This document shows positions 25,538-38,339 of a stretch of DNA of 64,000 bases, piece by piece (positions within the stretch are counted from its first letter, which is position 1; each line of letters opens with the position of its first letter). This DNA comes from Malacoraja senta (Eukaryota): positions 20,648,001 to 20,712,000 of the forward strand of contig CM075988.1 of the NCBI GenBank assembly GCA_038087875.1, given 5' to 3'. Both the position numbers and the translations under genes were made by a program. The notes below the pieces were generated by a model. The model worked only from the letters and a program-made list of their open reading frames with translations. It was not told where the DNA came from and made no database searches.

Positions 25538-28500
25538 AGTGTTCCATCTGGAGTTACACTTGGGAACAGAGTGATTTATCGTGATATAATTATGAGCAAA
25601 ACTGTAAATTAAAAATTCCAGCTCAATGAAATTAGGACCATCTGTGCAATTGAGACAGTTATCTAAACTATCTGAGCATTTGGGGCAGTTTAGTTCTGCA
25701 TCGTTGGTGTCATGATTGCAGTCATGAGCATAGACACTCGGTTCACGGCCAAGGTTCCTGACGTCCCTGGTGAACTGGGAGGCAAAGTTGCTGAGTCTGA
25801 AACACATGGGAAGATGTTATAGCAACCACTCTGATGCAGAGTGTATGGCAATGGATGAGGCCGACTCATGTGGGTTCAATTTTTTACGCACTTTGGATTA
25901 TTGCTCAATGTCTCCGGGACATAATATTCTGGGCAAGAATTGTTTCCCCACCAAGATTTTAATTGAGGCATTTAATACTTTAACTGCTCCATTTGTACCA
26001 CCTGAGTGAAAGACGGGGCCTGAGGGGATGTGTGCCGTTGGATGGATCTGTAAGAGTCTCACCTGCGATTAGATGCGAGTCATGAGAATTCCAGCTCACA
26101 CGGAGAAATGGATCGCACGGTTGACTCAGTGGGCTGAAGGGCCTGCCTCCGTGCTGTATCTCAGAACTAAACTGAACCAAAATAATTAACAGTGGAAACC
26201 CACAAGGTCACAGGGAGAACATGCAAACTTCACATGGAAAGCACCCGAGGTTCGGATTGAACCAGGGTCTCTGGCACTGTGAGGCACCAACTCTTTATCG
26301 TGCCGTCCTTATTTTGCAACATTTTTTTATTTCCCTATTTAAAAATTTATGAGATGTGTGTGGAAGTAATAAATATTTTACTGGATTAAAGTTATCCATT
26401 TGGATTTGGCCATCTTTGTTTATTGACTGATGCGCGGGTGAGTTTAGGTTAAATATGCTTCATTAGAATGGGATGTGTTGTGCATGTCATGTTTTTAATA
26501 AATGTCCCGTAGAAGGCTACAGTAACAAATATTACATTATCTCTTGGCACCATAATTTCAATTTTTGATTATTTAAAATCCCAAAATAGTTATAGTTTAC
26601 AAAATTGTTTACATCTATTTACAACTATTATAACTATTTTCTATTACTCAATTGTGAAATATAAGTGATATTCTTTATGAATCTGTTTAAGAAAGAACTG
26701 CAGATGCTGGAAAAATCGAAGGTAGACAAAAAAGCTTCTTTAACTATATGTATCAATCCTTCAAGTTATAAATCTTCATTAAATTACAATTAGAATGGGA
26801 AAAATGTCACCAGAGATTTAGCATTTACGTGTTTAAAGAGACGGAACAAGACGTGAAGGTGTGTAGGTTAATTGGTTTCTGTAAGCTGTCCCTAGTGTAT
26901 GGGATAGAAGTTATGTACGGGTAATTGCTGGTCGGTGTGGACCCGGTGGGCTAAAGGGCATGTTTCCATGGTGCATCTCTCAAAATAAGCTTTAAAAAAT
27001 ACATAATTCAAATACAATTTAATAAGTGCTTGTCAAATTTAAAGCAACATGTTTTGTTTAGTTGAGTTTAGTTGAGTTTAGTTTAGTTAAATTTAGTTTA
27101 GAGATTAGTTTAGATGATGCAGCCTTCGTGAATAGTAGCTCTCTGGTCAAGAAGGTCTTCAGTGTATTGCATGCCCCTCTCTGAGAGTATGTAGCTCAGT
27201 TATAGCACTGGAAGTGGAAGTGGCCAGCTACTCTGAACAACCCCATGAATTGTTGCTATCTGCACCTACGCTTGTCCCACTTGGCCGAGGATAATCCTCT
27301 CGAACCACAACTGTGAGCTTGGCTGTGGGGAAATGTTGTAACATGGAAACGGTTAGCGAATGCATTTTTGTTTTAAGTGATTGCTGACAGCGTTGGACAT
27401 TAAACCAATGACATGTAAGAACATGAGATTTATGTGGAGTTAGGACAATTTTGAACAACGGAATGTTCAGAAGTGTCCAATACCCCCATGGTTCAATGAG
27501 CCTTCTCAAAGTTTGAAATAATATGAATAAAATTATTGAGAATGTTCCAGTATAACTCACACTCCCGTGGACTGGTTGTTCCCCAACGCACTTTCCAACA
27601 CTATCTGACCCAATTGCTCTTGGACATCATCTGTTGGAATAATTCTATCCAAATTGTTTACCTCCCTCAGACCTGTGTGAAATGTCGAAGATGCTGCTAC
27701 ACTTTTTGACAGCCATCTTCATTATCTGCCGAACCAACACACTTTTGTATCATCTGCAAACTTGCTAATCATGCCATGTACATTCTCATCCAAATCATTG
27801 ATATAGATGACAAACAGCAATGGGTCTAGCACTGAACCCAGAGGCACACCACTAGTTACAGGCTTCCAGTGCAAAAAGCAATCTTCCACCATCAGCCTAC
27901 CCTTACACTTCACACCTTACCTTTCACACCTTACCTTTCACACCTTACCCTTCCATATCTCTAGATTCACTCTACTCTGACTCTCAGTCCGAAGAAGGGT
28001 CTCGAACCGAAACATCACCCATTCCTTCTCTCCAGAGATACTGCCTGTCCCACCGAGTTAATCCAGCATTTTGTGTCTATCTTCAGAATATGTAAACATA
28101 GCATCTGCAGCTCCTTCCTACAAATTCCACTATCACCCTCTGCTTCCTTCCATGAAGCCAATTTTCTATCCATTCAGTTATCCTTCCTTGGATCCCATGT
28201 GCTCAAACCTTCCAGAGCAGCCTGCCATGCGGTGTAGAATTGCTAGTCTTATTCTTTCTCATAATTCCATACTCCCTCCACACTGGCACCTGGCACCAAG
28301 TTTTAGCTGCAGTTTTCGGCTTGTGTCTTCAGAGTGAGATTTGAACCTAGTACCGGCTGATCCAGAGTGAGCCGTCCGACCCACAGACCCACAGCTGATG
28401 CACCATTGATTCATAGACCACAACATGGAGGCATATGAGCAGCTACTAATTGCTGGCCAGTTACTAGGGATATGTCTGTAATTTGTCAGCCGATGAGTGG

Positions 28501-30419
28501 AAGTATAGGTTGGGAGGTTGCCAAAGAGTTATAGACCACGGCAGGAGAAGTTGAATCATAAGGAAAAGGCGAAGAAATCAAATGAATAACTTTGATCTGG
28601 AAGTTACATGGCAAACCATTGAGAAATGGTGGACAACTTTAAGTGTAGAATGAATGAGGAAGTGAAAGAAATTAGTATCAGCAAAAGCTGTAGTGTTGAT
28701 GAAATCAATGAGACTAAAATTTGCTACATCTCCAGGACAAGATGATTTGAATTCCAAGGTTTCAAAGAGGTAACGGGAGAATAGGGAAATAATAACATTT
28801 AAAAGACATTTGAACAGGTACATGGATAGGAAAGGTTTTGTGGGATATGGGCCAGGCACAGGGAAATGGGACTCCTTAGAGATGCAGTGTGGAATGAGGC
28901 AAATTCAGCCCACCGAGTCCATGCTGACCATCAATCGCCTTTAGACTTTAGAGATACAGTGCAGACACGGTTGTTGAGGCAGGCACAATCACCACATTGA
29001 AAAGACATTTAGGCAGGTACATGTATAGGACAGGTGTGGAGGAAGATGGACCAGACAAATTCAAATATGAGTAGCTTAAATGGAGCATCTCGGTTGGGAT
29101 GCTTGAGTTTTGTTTTTAGTTTTTAGAGATACAGGGTGGAAGCAGGCCCTTCAGCCCATCGACTCCGTGCTGACCAACAATCACCCATACACTAGTTCTA
29201 TCCTACACAGTTGGGACAATTTACCGAAGCCAATTAGCCTACAATCTTTGGAATGTGGGAGGAAACCGGAGCGCCTGGGGTAAACGCGGTCACAGGAAAA
29301 ACATTAAAATTCCATACAGAACGCACCGGTAATCAGGTCTCTGGCACTATAAGGCAGCAACTCTACCGCCGTGCCACTATGCTGCCTGAGCTTGGCTGAA
29401 GGGACTGTTTCCATGCTGAATAACTCGGTAACTCCATGGCTCTGCCAAATTCCGAATTAAACCTCTTTTTGATCATCTGTACTATTTTGCGTGGTTAGTC
29501 AGTGGTGTGTTGCCCACAGTATATGTCTCTCCACAAAATAGATGGTTATGCAAATTGAGAGAAGTCACCGGGTGTGCGGTCTATTCGAGCTCAGTTGCAC
29601 AGTAAAGCATGTTAAACTCAGAAGAAGTGAGTAAGAAGGAACTGCAGACGCTGGTTTAAACTGAAGATAGACACAATAAAGAAGGGTCTCGAGCCGAAAC
29701 GCCACCCATTCCTTCTATCCAGTGATGCTGCCTGACCCGCTCAGTTACTCCAGCATTTTGTGTCAATCTTCAGAAGAGGTGATGCAGGCTTCGTTTGGGT
29801 GAATGACTGCCCTTCCAACTGACTGATGCCTGACATGTATATAAGACGCTTCACAAGTGCAGAGGTCCAATCGGCTGGCAGCAACACTCTCATTTGTGCA
29901 TGTTATGGCAACAGTGTGGGACACAGATGGGAATTTATATAAAAAACACATTTATCGGGAAAATAGGAAACCTTGACCTTCAAATCCCAGAGACTGCAGT
30001 GAAATTCAACCTTCAAATTCCTATTAGAGCAAAAGCAAATAATTATTCACATTGTTGGCTTTAGTTATCCAATACACTGCACACTTGGAGTCTGCATCCA
30101 GCAGTGACTTCGACATCCCCAGAGATGGCAACCAGCATTTTGTATGGTGTTGAATGGTCCACAGTGTTTAGGTTAGTTTAGATTATCCCAACGTGTCCGT
30201 ACTGACCAGAGATCCCCGCAGCCCGTTCCATATACCTACCACCCTTTGTGTAAAAAGGTTCCCCTCAAGTTCCTATTAAATCTCCCCATCCTCACCTTAA
30301 ACCTATGTCATCTAGTTCTCGATTCCCCGATTCTTGGTAAAAGACTGTGTATTTACCCTATCTATTCCTCTCATGATCTTGTACACCTCTAGAAGATCAC
30401 ACCTCATCGATTGCAGATC

Positions 30420-30925
30420 TGCGGGTGTATGGCAGAGAGCATCACAACCTGGTTTGATAAAAGCCCAGGAACGAAGGAGGCGACAGAGAGTAGTAGACAC
30501 TGCTCGGTCCTTCACACCTACTGACCTCCCCACCATCGAAGGGATCTATGTGAGGTGCTGGCTCAAAAAGGAAGCCAAGATCATTAATGGCCCACACCAC
30601 CCTGCTCTTATCTCACAGCTACCATCGGGAAGAAACTACAGGAGCCTGAGAACATGTCACCTCCATGTTCAAGAGTAACTTCTTCCCAGCACCATCAGAC
30701 TCTGGAACACTACATAACATTAACCTCAACAATAACAAGGTTATTGGATTTAGTTTTTTGTTGCATTGCAAATGTTGGTTTTACACTATTATAATTACCT
30801 AGTATTGCTGTTATTATTTTATTGTATTATTAATGACAGTATATTTATTTGTGTGTTATTGCATTAATGAGCATGGTGCCCTGCAGAAAATAAGAATCTC
30901 ATTGTTCCATTGCCAGTAGGTATGA
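30420..30925 (+). mobile_element. Old Rex1/Babar-like LINE 3' fragment. Related 3' ends at ~160-740(-), 9190-9635 plus 11063-11150(-), 16600-16975(+), 52360-52720(+), 62620-62840(+)
   Basis: QRVVDTARS....LPTIEGIY...LKK..KII..PHHP....LPSGR.YRSL; the 62.6 kb copy reads RRLRNSFFTSVIRPLN. Confidence 0.75.
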
Positions 30926-31534
30926 AAATTAAACTCTCTTGACTCTTATTGGGACAAAGATTCACACCTGGTTTCCATTTTCATTTCTTGTTAAACATTT
31001 ACCTGCTGGGATTTGCTTCCACAGTCACCACCGGCTAATCCTCGTTATTTATGACCCTCATTTTGTGGGTCTTTCCCAAGTGACCGTTTCATATGTGTCA
31101 GTACACGTTCTGTGGGTCAGAGGATTATTCGACGCTGGGGTCTGCCCCCATCCTTTTGCCTTTCACTGTTTGCTTTACTAATCAGTGTCAACAACTCCAG
31201 AAGAGTTTCTGAAAACTGAACAGGTTTACAGATGTAATTAATAAAGAATCCTGTGCCTCTTGCCCCAGGAGGAGTGGGCGGACGGCACAATGGCGCAGCG
31301 GCAGATTTGCTGCCTAACAGAGCCAGAGACCCACGTCCGATCCTGACTACGGCTGCTGTCCTACGTTTTACGTTCTCCCTGTGGTGGGTTTTCTCTGGGT
31401 GCTTCGGTTTCCTCCCGCAATCCAAAGACACGTGGGTTTGTAGGTTAATTGGCTTCTTTATAATGTCCATATAGTGTAGGATAGAGGATAAGGGTGATTG
31501 TTGGTTGGCGTGGACATGGTGCACCAAGGTTTGT

Positions 31535-31627
31535 GGGATGCAAGCAGAAGCCTCCACGTGGCGCATCCCGGGCAATGCTGGCGACAGAAACTGTACCACA
31601 GTGACTGACTGAAGTAGCCAATTCTGC
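31535..31627 (+). ncRNA. HDV-like self-cleaving ribozyme with long P4 at the 5' end of a second mini-retroposon
   Basis: P1 GGGATGC 31535-41 with GCATCCC 31563-69. P2 GCAGAA 31544-49 with TTCTGC 31622-27. P3 GCC 31550-52 with GGC 31560-62. L3 TCCACGT 31553-59. P1.1 GG 31570-71. P4 region 31573-31617, imperfect in this copy. J4/2 CCAA 31618-21. Confidence 0.85.
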
Positions 31628-31694
31628 AACCACCAACCGTCACTGACCGACCGGAAAGACGTGATATAGAAGATGGCCGGACACGAGGAAGAAG
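31535..31694 (+). mobile_element. ~160 bp non-autonomous retroposon (ribozyme head, AAG tail) inserted into the 3' tail of an HE1-like SINE
   Basis: Perfect 10 bp TSD ACCAAGGTTT (31523-32, 31695-704). Tail ...GGACACGAGGAAGAAG. Host SINE resumes with ATCTCT..CTAAACTAA. Confidence 0.85.
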
Positions 31695-31807
31695 ACCAAG
31701 GTTTATCTCTCAACTAGTCTAAACTAAGATCCTGCAAGATTTGTCCATTTCCAAGACATTCAGAAGTCCCTTTAGGAATCTTAATTCAGCCTGCAAACTC
31801 AGCCCGT

Positions 31808-31835
31808 CTGAAGAAGGGTGTCGACCCGAAACGTC
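31808..31835 (+). ncRNA. Minimal hammerhead core in solo PLE pLTR (31806-31938)
   Basis: CTGAAGA-A-GGGT(GTCG)ACCC-GAA-ACGT-C. Confidence 0.7.
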
Positions 31836-32097
31836 ACCCATTCCTTCTCTCCAGAGATGCTGCCTGTCCCACTGAGTTACTCCAGCTTTTTGTGTCTATC
31901 TTTGGTTTAAACCAGCATCTGCAGTTCCTTCCTAAACACTTGGCGATACTCTGGTGCGACAAGTCCATGCCATTTCAGGGACAAGGTGTGGACCTGGCAC
32001 ACTAAGCAGTGATCAATCCACTGGTATGAACGAGAATTGCATGAGCACTTAGATGCAATTGAAAATTGTGAAATGTGTCCAGTTAGCGCAGGGCAGT

Positions 32098-32420
32098 GTT
32101 AGTTTAGTTTAGTTTAGTTTAGAGATACAGTGCAGAAACAGGCCCTTCGGCCCTCTGAGTCAGCACCGAACAGCGTTCCCTGCAAACTAGCACTATCCTA
32201 CACACAGTAGGGACAATTTACACAAATACCAAGCCAATTGACCTGCAAACCGCACGTCTTTGGAGTGTGGGAGAAAACCGAAGATCTCGGAGAAAACCCA
32301 CGAGATCACGGGTAGAACATACAAACTCCATATAGACAGTACCCGTAGGCGGGATCGATCCCTGGTCTCCAGCACTGCAAGCGCTGTAAGGCAGCAACTC
32401 TACCGCTGTGCCACCAGGCC
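32098..32420 (-). mobile_element. HE1-like V-SINE. Further - strand copies at ~4167-4432, 8283-8487, 29105-29387, 39993-40322, 53870-54025, 57020-57311, 59430-60000, 61732-62025
   Basis: (TTTAG)n tail, AGAGATACAG..AAACAGGCCCTTCGGCCC and reverse complement of V-domain and tRNA head. Confidence 0.88.
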
Positions 32421-32827
32421 ATCCTGTTGTGAGCGTGTGGGGATCGCTGGTCGGCATAGATTAAGTGGGCCGAAGGGCCAGTTTCCGCGCTGTATCTATT
32501 TACTAAACTAAACTAAGCAACGTGCGTCTTCCAGTGAATGTTAGCGAGCTCCTCCCGGTGCAGGGCAAGATGTCAGATACAGCTCCCACCCTCACTGAAT
32601 GTTCAGCCAACAGGAAATTCGATTGAAGGCAAGGCAATTCTAATGACCGATAAATCCCCAGGGCCAGGACCGATAAATCCCCAAAGGCCGATAAATCCCC
32701 AGGGCCAGATAGGCTGCATCCCAGAGTACTTAAGGAAGAAGCCCCAGAAATAGTGGATGCATTAGTGATAATTTTTATCACTTTATACATGCTTTTTTTC
32801 CCTTTCTTCTCCCCACCCCCTATCAGT

Positions 32828-32855
32828 CTGAAGAAGGGTTTCGGCCCGAAACGTT
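32828..32855 (+). ncRNA. Minimal hammerhead core in PLE pLTR (second subfamily, UUCG-capped stem II)
   Basis: CTGAAGA-A-GGGT(TTCG)GCCC-GAA-ACGT-T. Confidence 0.7.
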
Positions 32856-33482
32856 ACCTATTTCCTTCGCTCCATAGATGCTGCTGCACCCGCTGAGTTT
32901 CTCCAGCATTTTTGTGTACCTGCAATTCTAATGACGTTGTTTTCTCCAACTCTCTCCGGAGGTCGGAACTCTCTTATTATCTACAATATTCCTTCTTGAT
33001 CTGAGGGAAATAAGGAACGTACAAATCTGAGTCGGATAATGCCTTTGGCACATCAAGCTTAGTCTATTCTTTCGAATGATCATCAGGCCTCAGGAAACAC
33101 GTACCTTCCTCTCGCTTCTCTGCCAAGTCTGTATTCCTCAATTCCCTGTTGAATGAGGAATTTGTCCAAATCTCTTGTTGAACAGTCTGACTGCGTTAAG
33201 GTTGACTCCTCGCTGTGGCAAAGTGTTTAATCAATGCAGGAATGTAAATTACAGAGAACTATATCACCAGCAGAGATGACTACAGGCCATCAACCATGTA
33301 CACCCAAGGTTAATTTGGCAAAGGCAAATGTGAACATCATTATTGACATTAACCTCAGCCAAAAATATCACGGCTTAAGTAAACACACAAGATACAAGGA
33401 GTTCAAGATGATATTTTTTTTAGATTTAAAAAATTTTCAATTGTCAAAATAATAATTAGTAATTACATGTCCTTTGTTATTC

Positions 33483-35167
33483 ATAGAAACATAGAAACAT
33501 TGAAAATAGGTGCAGGAGTAGGCCATTCGGCCTTTCGAGCCTGCATCGCCATTCAATATGATCATGGCTGATCATCCAACTCAGTATCCTGTACCTGCTT
33601 TCTCTCCATACCCCCTGATCCCTTTAGCCACAAGGGCCACATCTAACTCCCTCTTAAATATAGCCAATGAACTGGCCTCAACTACCTTCTGTGGGAGAGA
33701 ATTGCAGAGATTCACCACTCTCTGTGTGAAAAATGTTTTCCTCATCTCCGTCCTAAAAGATTTCCCCCTTATCCTTAAACTGTGACCCCTTGTTCTGGAC
33801 TTCCCCAACATCGGGAACAATCTTCCTGCATCTAGCCTGTCCAACCCCTTAAGAATTTTGTACGTTTCTATAAGATCCCCCCTCAATCTTCTAAATTCTA
33901 GCGAGTACAAACCGAGTCTATCCAGTCTTTCTTTATATGAAAGTCCTGACATCCCAGGAATCAGTCTGGTGAACCTTCTCTGTACTCCCTCTATGGCAAG
34001 AATGTATTTCCTCAGATTAGGAGACCAAAACTGTACGCAATACTCCAGGTGTGGTCTCACCAAGGCCCTGTACAACTACAGTAGAACCTCCCTGCTCCTA
34101 TACTCAAATCCTTTTGCTATCAATGCTAACATACCCTTCACCTTCTTCACTGCCTGCTGCACCTGCATGCCTACTTTTAATGACTGGTGTACCATGACAC
34201 CCAGGTCTCGTTGCATCTCCCCTTTTCCTAATCGGCCACCATTCAGATAATAGTCTACTTTCCTGTTTTTGCCACCAAAGTGGATAACCTCACATTTATC
34301 CACATTATACTGCATCTGCAAATGCCCACTCACCCAGCCTATCCAAGTCACCTTGCAGCTTTGTCCAATGATTGCACCACTTTCCAAATGTGCTGCTATC
34401 CCATCTTTAATAACTGATTCTAGCAGTTTCCCCACTACCGACGTTAGACTAACTGGTCTGTAATTCCCCGTTTTCTCTCTCCCTCCCTTTTTAAAAAGTG
34501 GGGTTACATTAGCTACCCTCCAATCCTCAGGAACTACTCCAGAATCTAAAGAGTTTTGAAAAATTATCACTAATGCATCTACTATTTCTGGGGCTACTTC
34601 CTTAAGTACTCTGGGATGCAGCCTATCTGGCCCTGGGGATTTATCGGCCTTTAATCCATTCAATTTACCTAACACCACTTCCCGGCTAACCTGGATTTCA
34701 CTCAGTTCCTACATCTCATTTGTCCCCCCGGTCCCCTGCTATTTCCGGCAGATTATTTATGTCTTCCTTAGTGAAGACAGAACCAAAGTAGTTATTCAAT
34801 TGGTCTGCCATGTCCTTGTTCCCCATGATCAATTTCTGATCTGTTTCTGACTGCAAGGGACCTACATTTGTTTTAACTAATCTTTTTCTCTTCACATATC
34901 TATAAAAGCTTTTGCAGTCAGTTTTTATGTTCCCTGCCAGTTTTCTTTCATAATCTATTTTCCCTTTCATAATTAAGCCCTTTGTCCTCCTCTGCTGGAC
35001 TCTGAATTTCTCCCAGTCCTCTGGTAGGCTGCTTTTTCTGGCTAATTTGTACGCTTCATCTTTTGCTTTGATACTATCCCTGATTTCCCTTGTTATCCAT
35101 GGATGCACTATCTTCCCTGATTTATTTTTTTGCCAAACTGGGATGAACAATTGTTGTAGTTCATCCA
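33483..35167 (-). mobile_element. CR1/HER1-like LINE, 5'-truncated, with internal deletion of the RT core
   Basis: ORF pieces 34716-35168, 34076-34678 (KSPGPD.LHPRVLKE..NYRPVSLTSVVGK) and 33581-34075. Jump near 34360 removes the QHGF..FADD region. TAGAAACA tail. Confidence 0.92.
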
Positions 35168-38100
35168 TAGGGTTATCCGGGAGATTCTGTACAAACTAAT
35201 GCAGATGGTGTCATTGTTATTATATTCTTGTAAGAGAAATAAGTATTTCTGTGGATCCCTCTCCAAACATCAGTGAATAGTTCTTGGATTATGTAAACAT
35301 TGTTACAGTTATTATTTGAACTAGAAACATGTTCTGTTGAAATAGCTCCCTGATAGAGGCAACACAAGTAGACCGAGTGGTACATATACGGTGTATGGTG
35401 TGCTTGCCTTCATCGGTCAGGGCATTGAGCATAAGGGTGACAGGGATTATGGGGAGAATGCAGGAGAATGGGGTTAAGAAGGAACGATAGATCAGCCATG
35501 ATGCAATGGTAGAGTAGGCTTGATGGGCCAAATGGCCTAATTCTGCTCCTATCACTTATGAACATGAACTTTTATAAGTCAGAAAGTCATGATGTAGAAA
35601 GAAAGAACTGCAGATGCTGGTTATACCAAAAATGCTGGAGTAACTCAATGGGTCAGGTAGCATCTCAGGAGAAAAAGGATAGACCCGAAACATTGTCTAT
35701 CCTTTTTCTGCAGAGATGCTGCCTGACCCGCTGAATTACTCCAGCACTTTGTGTCTATCTTCAGAAAGTCTTGTTGCAGTTTTATAGGACTTTGGTTTGG
35801 CTGTATTTGGAACATTGTGTATAGTTCTGGTTGGCCTGTGACAGGAATGATGTGAGGCTTTGGGGAGGGTGCAGAGGAGTTTTAGCAGAGGTTTACCAGA
35901 ATGCTGACTGGGTTACAGTGTAAAGGGACCAGTGATGAACGCAAAACCATTGGAGGATAGTTGGATGAACAGTCCATTTGGGTTTCGGCCCGAAATGTTA
36001 CCTATTTCCTTCGCTCCATAGATGCTGCTGCACCCGCTGAGTTTCTCCAGCATTTTTGTGTACCTTCCCCAATATATTTATCAGATTACACATCCACTTT
36101 GGATTTGTTTTCCTCTGTGCAAAGCATAAATCCTCAGTTGGAAATTGGGTGTGAGGGGATTGTGGGTCACTAACGCATGTGACAATAAACTAAACTAAAC
36201 CTCTGACTGGAGAATCTAGATATTTTAGATCATTGCCTGATCGATGAACATGAAACTTCTCCTTGGGATCAGTCCTGCATCTATGTTCAGTGCCAACTCA
36301 TGATTTCTGGTGGTTCAATTTTGTTTATGGTTCAACAAAACCATCTCAAAAAAGTTCCCATTCATTGTAAACTTTAACGTGAGAGGGGAAAGATTTAATA
36401 GGAACCTAAGGGGCAATGTTTTTACACAAAGGCTGGCGCGTACATGGAACGATCTGCCAGAGGAATTGCACCCATTACAACATAAATACATTGGGTTATA
36501 TCTTGCACTCCCACAGGGCTTTAAACCTTATGAAGGAAAAAAAATAATATTTACTAATTTCTTGTCAGGAGTGACCAACTTTGTTGAAACCTTCCTGAAA
36601 CAATTACATGATAGTAATCCCTAAAAACATGCAATGAAGGAAAAGTATCCTTACGATTTAAGATAAATTCTCTGGGGGCCGAGAGGATGGGTTTCACAAT
36701 AGAAAGCATCGAAATATAATTGTATTTTGAGTGGGAGAGAATGCTTGCTGATTGAAAGCCCCTGCTGAGAAGTGGGGATGTTGGTTTCAGTAGGGAATGG
36801 CCAGTGTAGGGATTGAGAGACAGCTACATTGCAGCAAGCCCTGTAATACTATGCCTTCTTGGCAAAGCATTGACAAGCTATGTGACTGCTCCGGAAATCA
36901 GTCATTATAAAGAAGGTTCTGTTCCATAACAACAAATTGCTTCATGTTATTTCATGCGTTGTATGCATCTTTATCTGCATCTAATTGCCTTAATGCCTTC
37001 AGCCAGAATATTTTCACTCAGTTCCTCCAACTGGACTCACACAAACTTTCTTTGGAAGACATCATGTCTGTGAGCTGCATATGATTGTCTGGGTCTCCGA
37101 CCTGATGTGTGTTGGCTTTCTCCAGGTCAGTGGGGATGGGACTATCTAACAAGCAGAATGTGCGGGCCGTCACGCCCGAGTGTTGAAAGTACAGCGACCA
37201 CCCACAACCTCACCATCTCTGCCAGAAGCACTGGCACTGTCTCTGGCAAACAGAGGCTCATCAGATGGCTGATCTGAAATGGGGTTCATACATCAAACAG
37301 GTACATCTATGGAACTTTATTTGTCACATGTGCCGAGGTACAGTGAAATTCATTTTTGTACACAGTTCAGTACAAGTATCACTATACATAAGCACTTAGA
37401 TATATCTTAGATAAGCTTCTCAGATACACTGGAAGTGTGTAGCAGTAGTTCGCTAACACAGTATACAGAGTCACCAGTTTGGCGCTGTTTTCCTGTCCCC
37501 GTTGTTTTGGTGGTGTTGAAGGGTCAGCCTGGCTAAGTGTAGCTGTGGTGTCCTCCGCCGCTGCTCCACCATCATAGGCCATGTGCAGTCGGGCAGATTC
37601 AGGGGTGATACGATGGACAAAGGAGGTGGCAATGGGTGATGACTCTACAGAGTTGGATTTGGACATGGGAATAGGCAGGGGTTCTCAAGCAAAGCAAAAA
37701 GATACCAGATGCAGATGTCCACCAGAGAAGGTCCCACCATCATTTTCAGTGGTGGATACCTCAGCAGTAGCTCAATAAGAACAACTCTCAAAAACCTCTT
37801 CAGCCTTCAGGCCTGTCAATTTTTTTCCATTTGAGACCCATCCACTTTATAGATGTGGAAGCATTGCAGCAATGACATAAAAGTAGGAATCTCACTCTGA
37901 ACATCTCCGTCCTGCACTCAGACCAATGGATGTTTGGAGGACTATCCTCTTGGATTTACGAGGATATTTCCAAGACTCAAGGGCCTGAGCTATAGGGAGA
38001 GGTTGAGCAGGCTGGGACTTAATTCCTTGGTGCGCAGGAGGATGAGGGATGATATTACAATGACAAAATCATGAGAGGTATAGATCGGGTAATTGAGAAA

Positions 38101-38339
38101 CAAAGGACATAGGTTTAAGGTGAGTAGAGAAAGATTGAATAGGTACCTGAGTGTAACTTTTTTACAAAAAGGGAGGTGGATATATTGAATGAGTTTTCAG
38201 AGGATGTGGTTGAGCCAGGTATAAAGACAACATTTAAAAGACAGGTGGGCAGTTACATGGATAAGAATTTGGGCCTAACAGGGGCAAATAGGACTAGTGC
38301 TGGGCAAACAGGACAACACATGCTCGGATCACCAAGGCC

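Noticed and set aside
37126..37300. AG/GT-bounded segment that looks like an exon
   Set aside because: Stop codons in all three frames; a non-coding exon cannot be supported from sequence alone.
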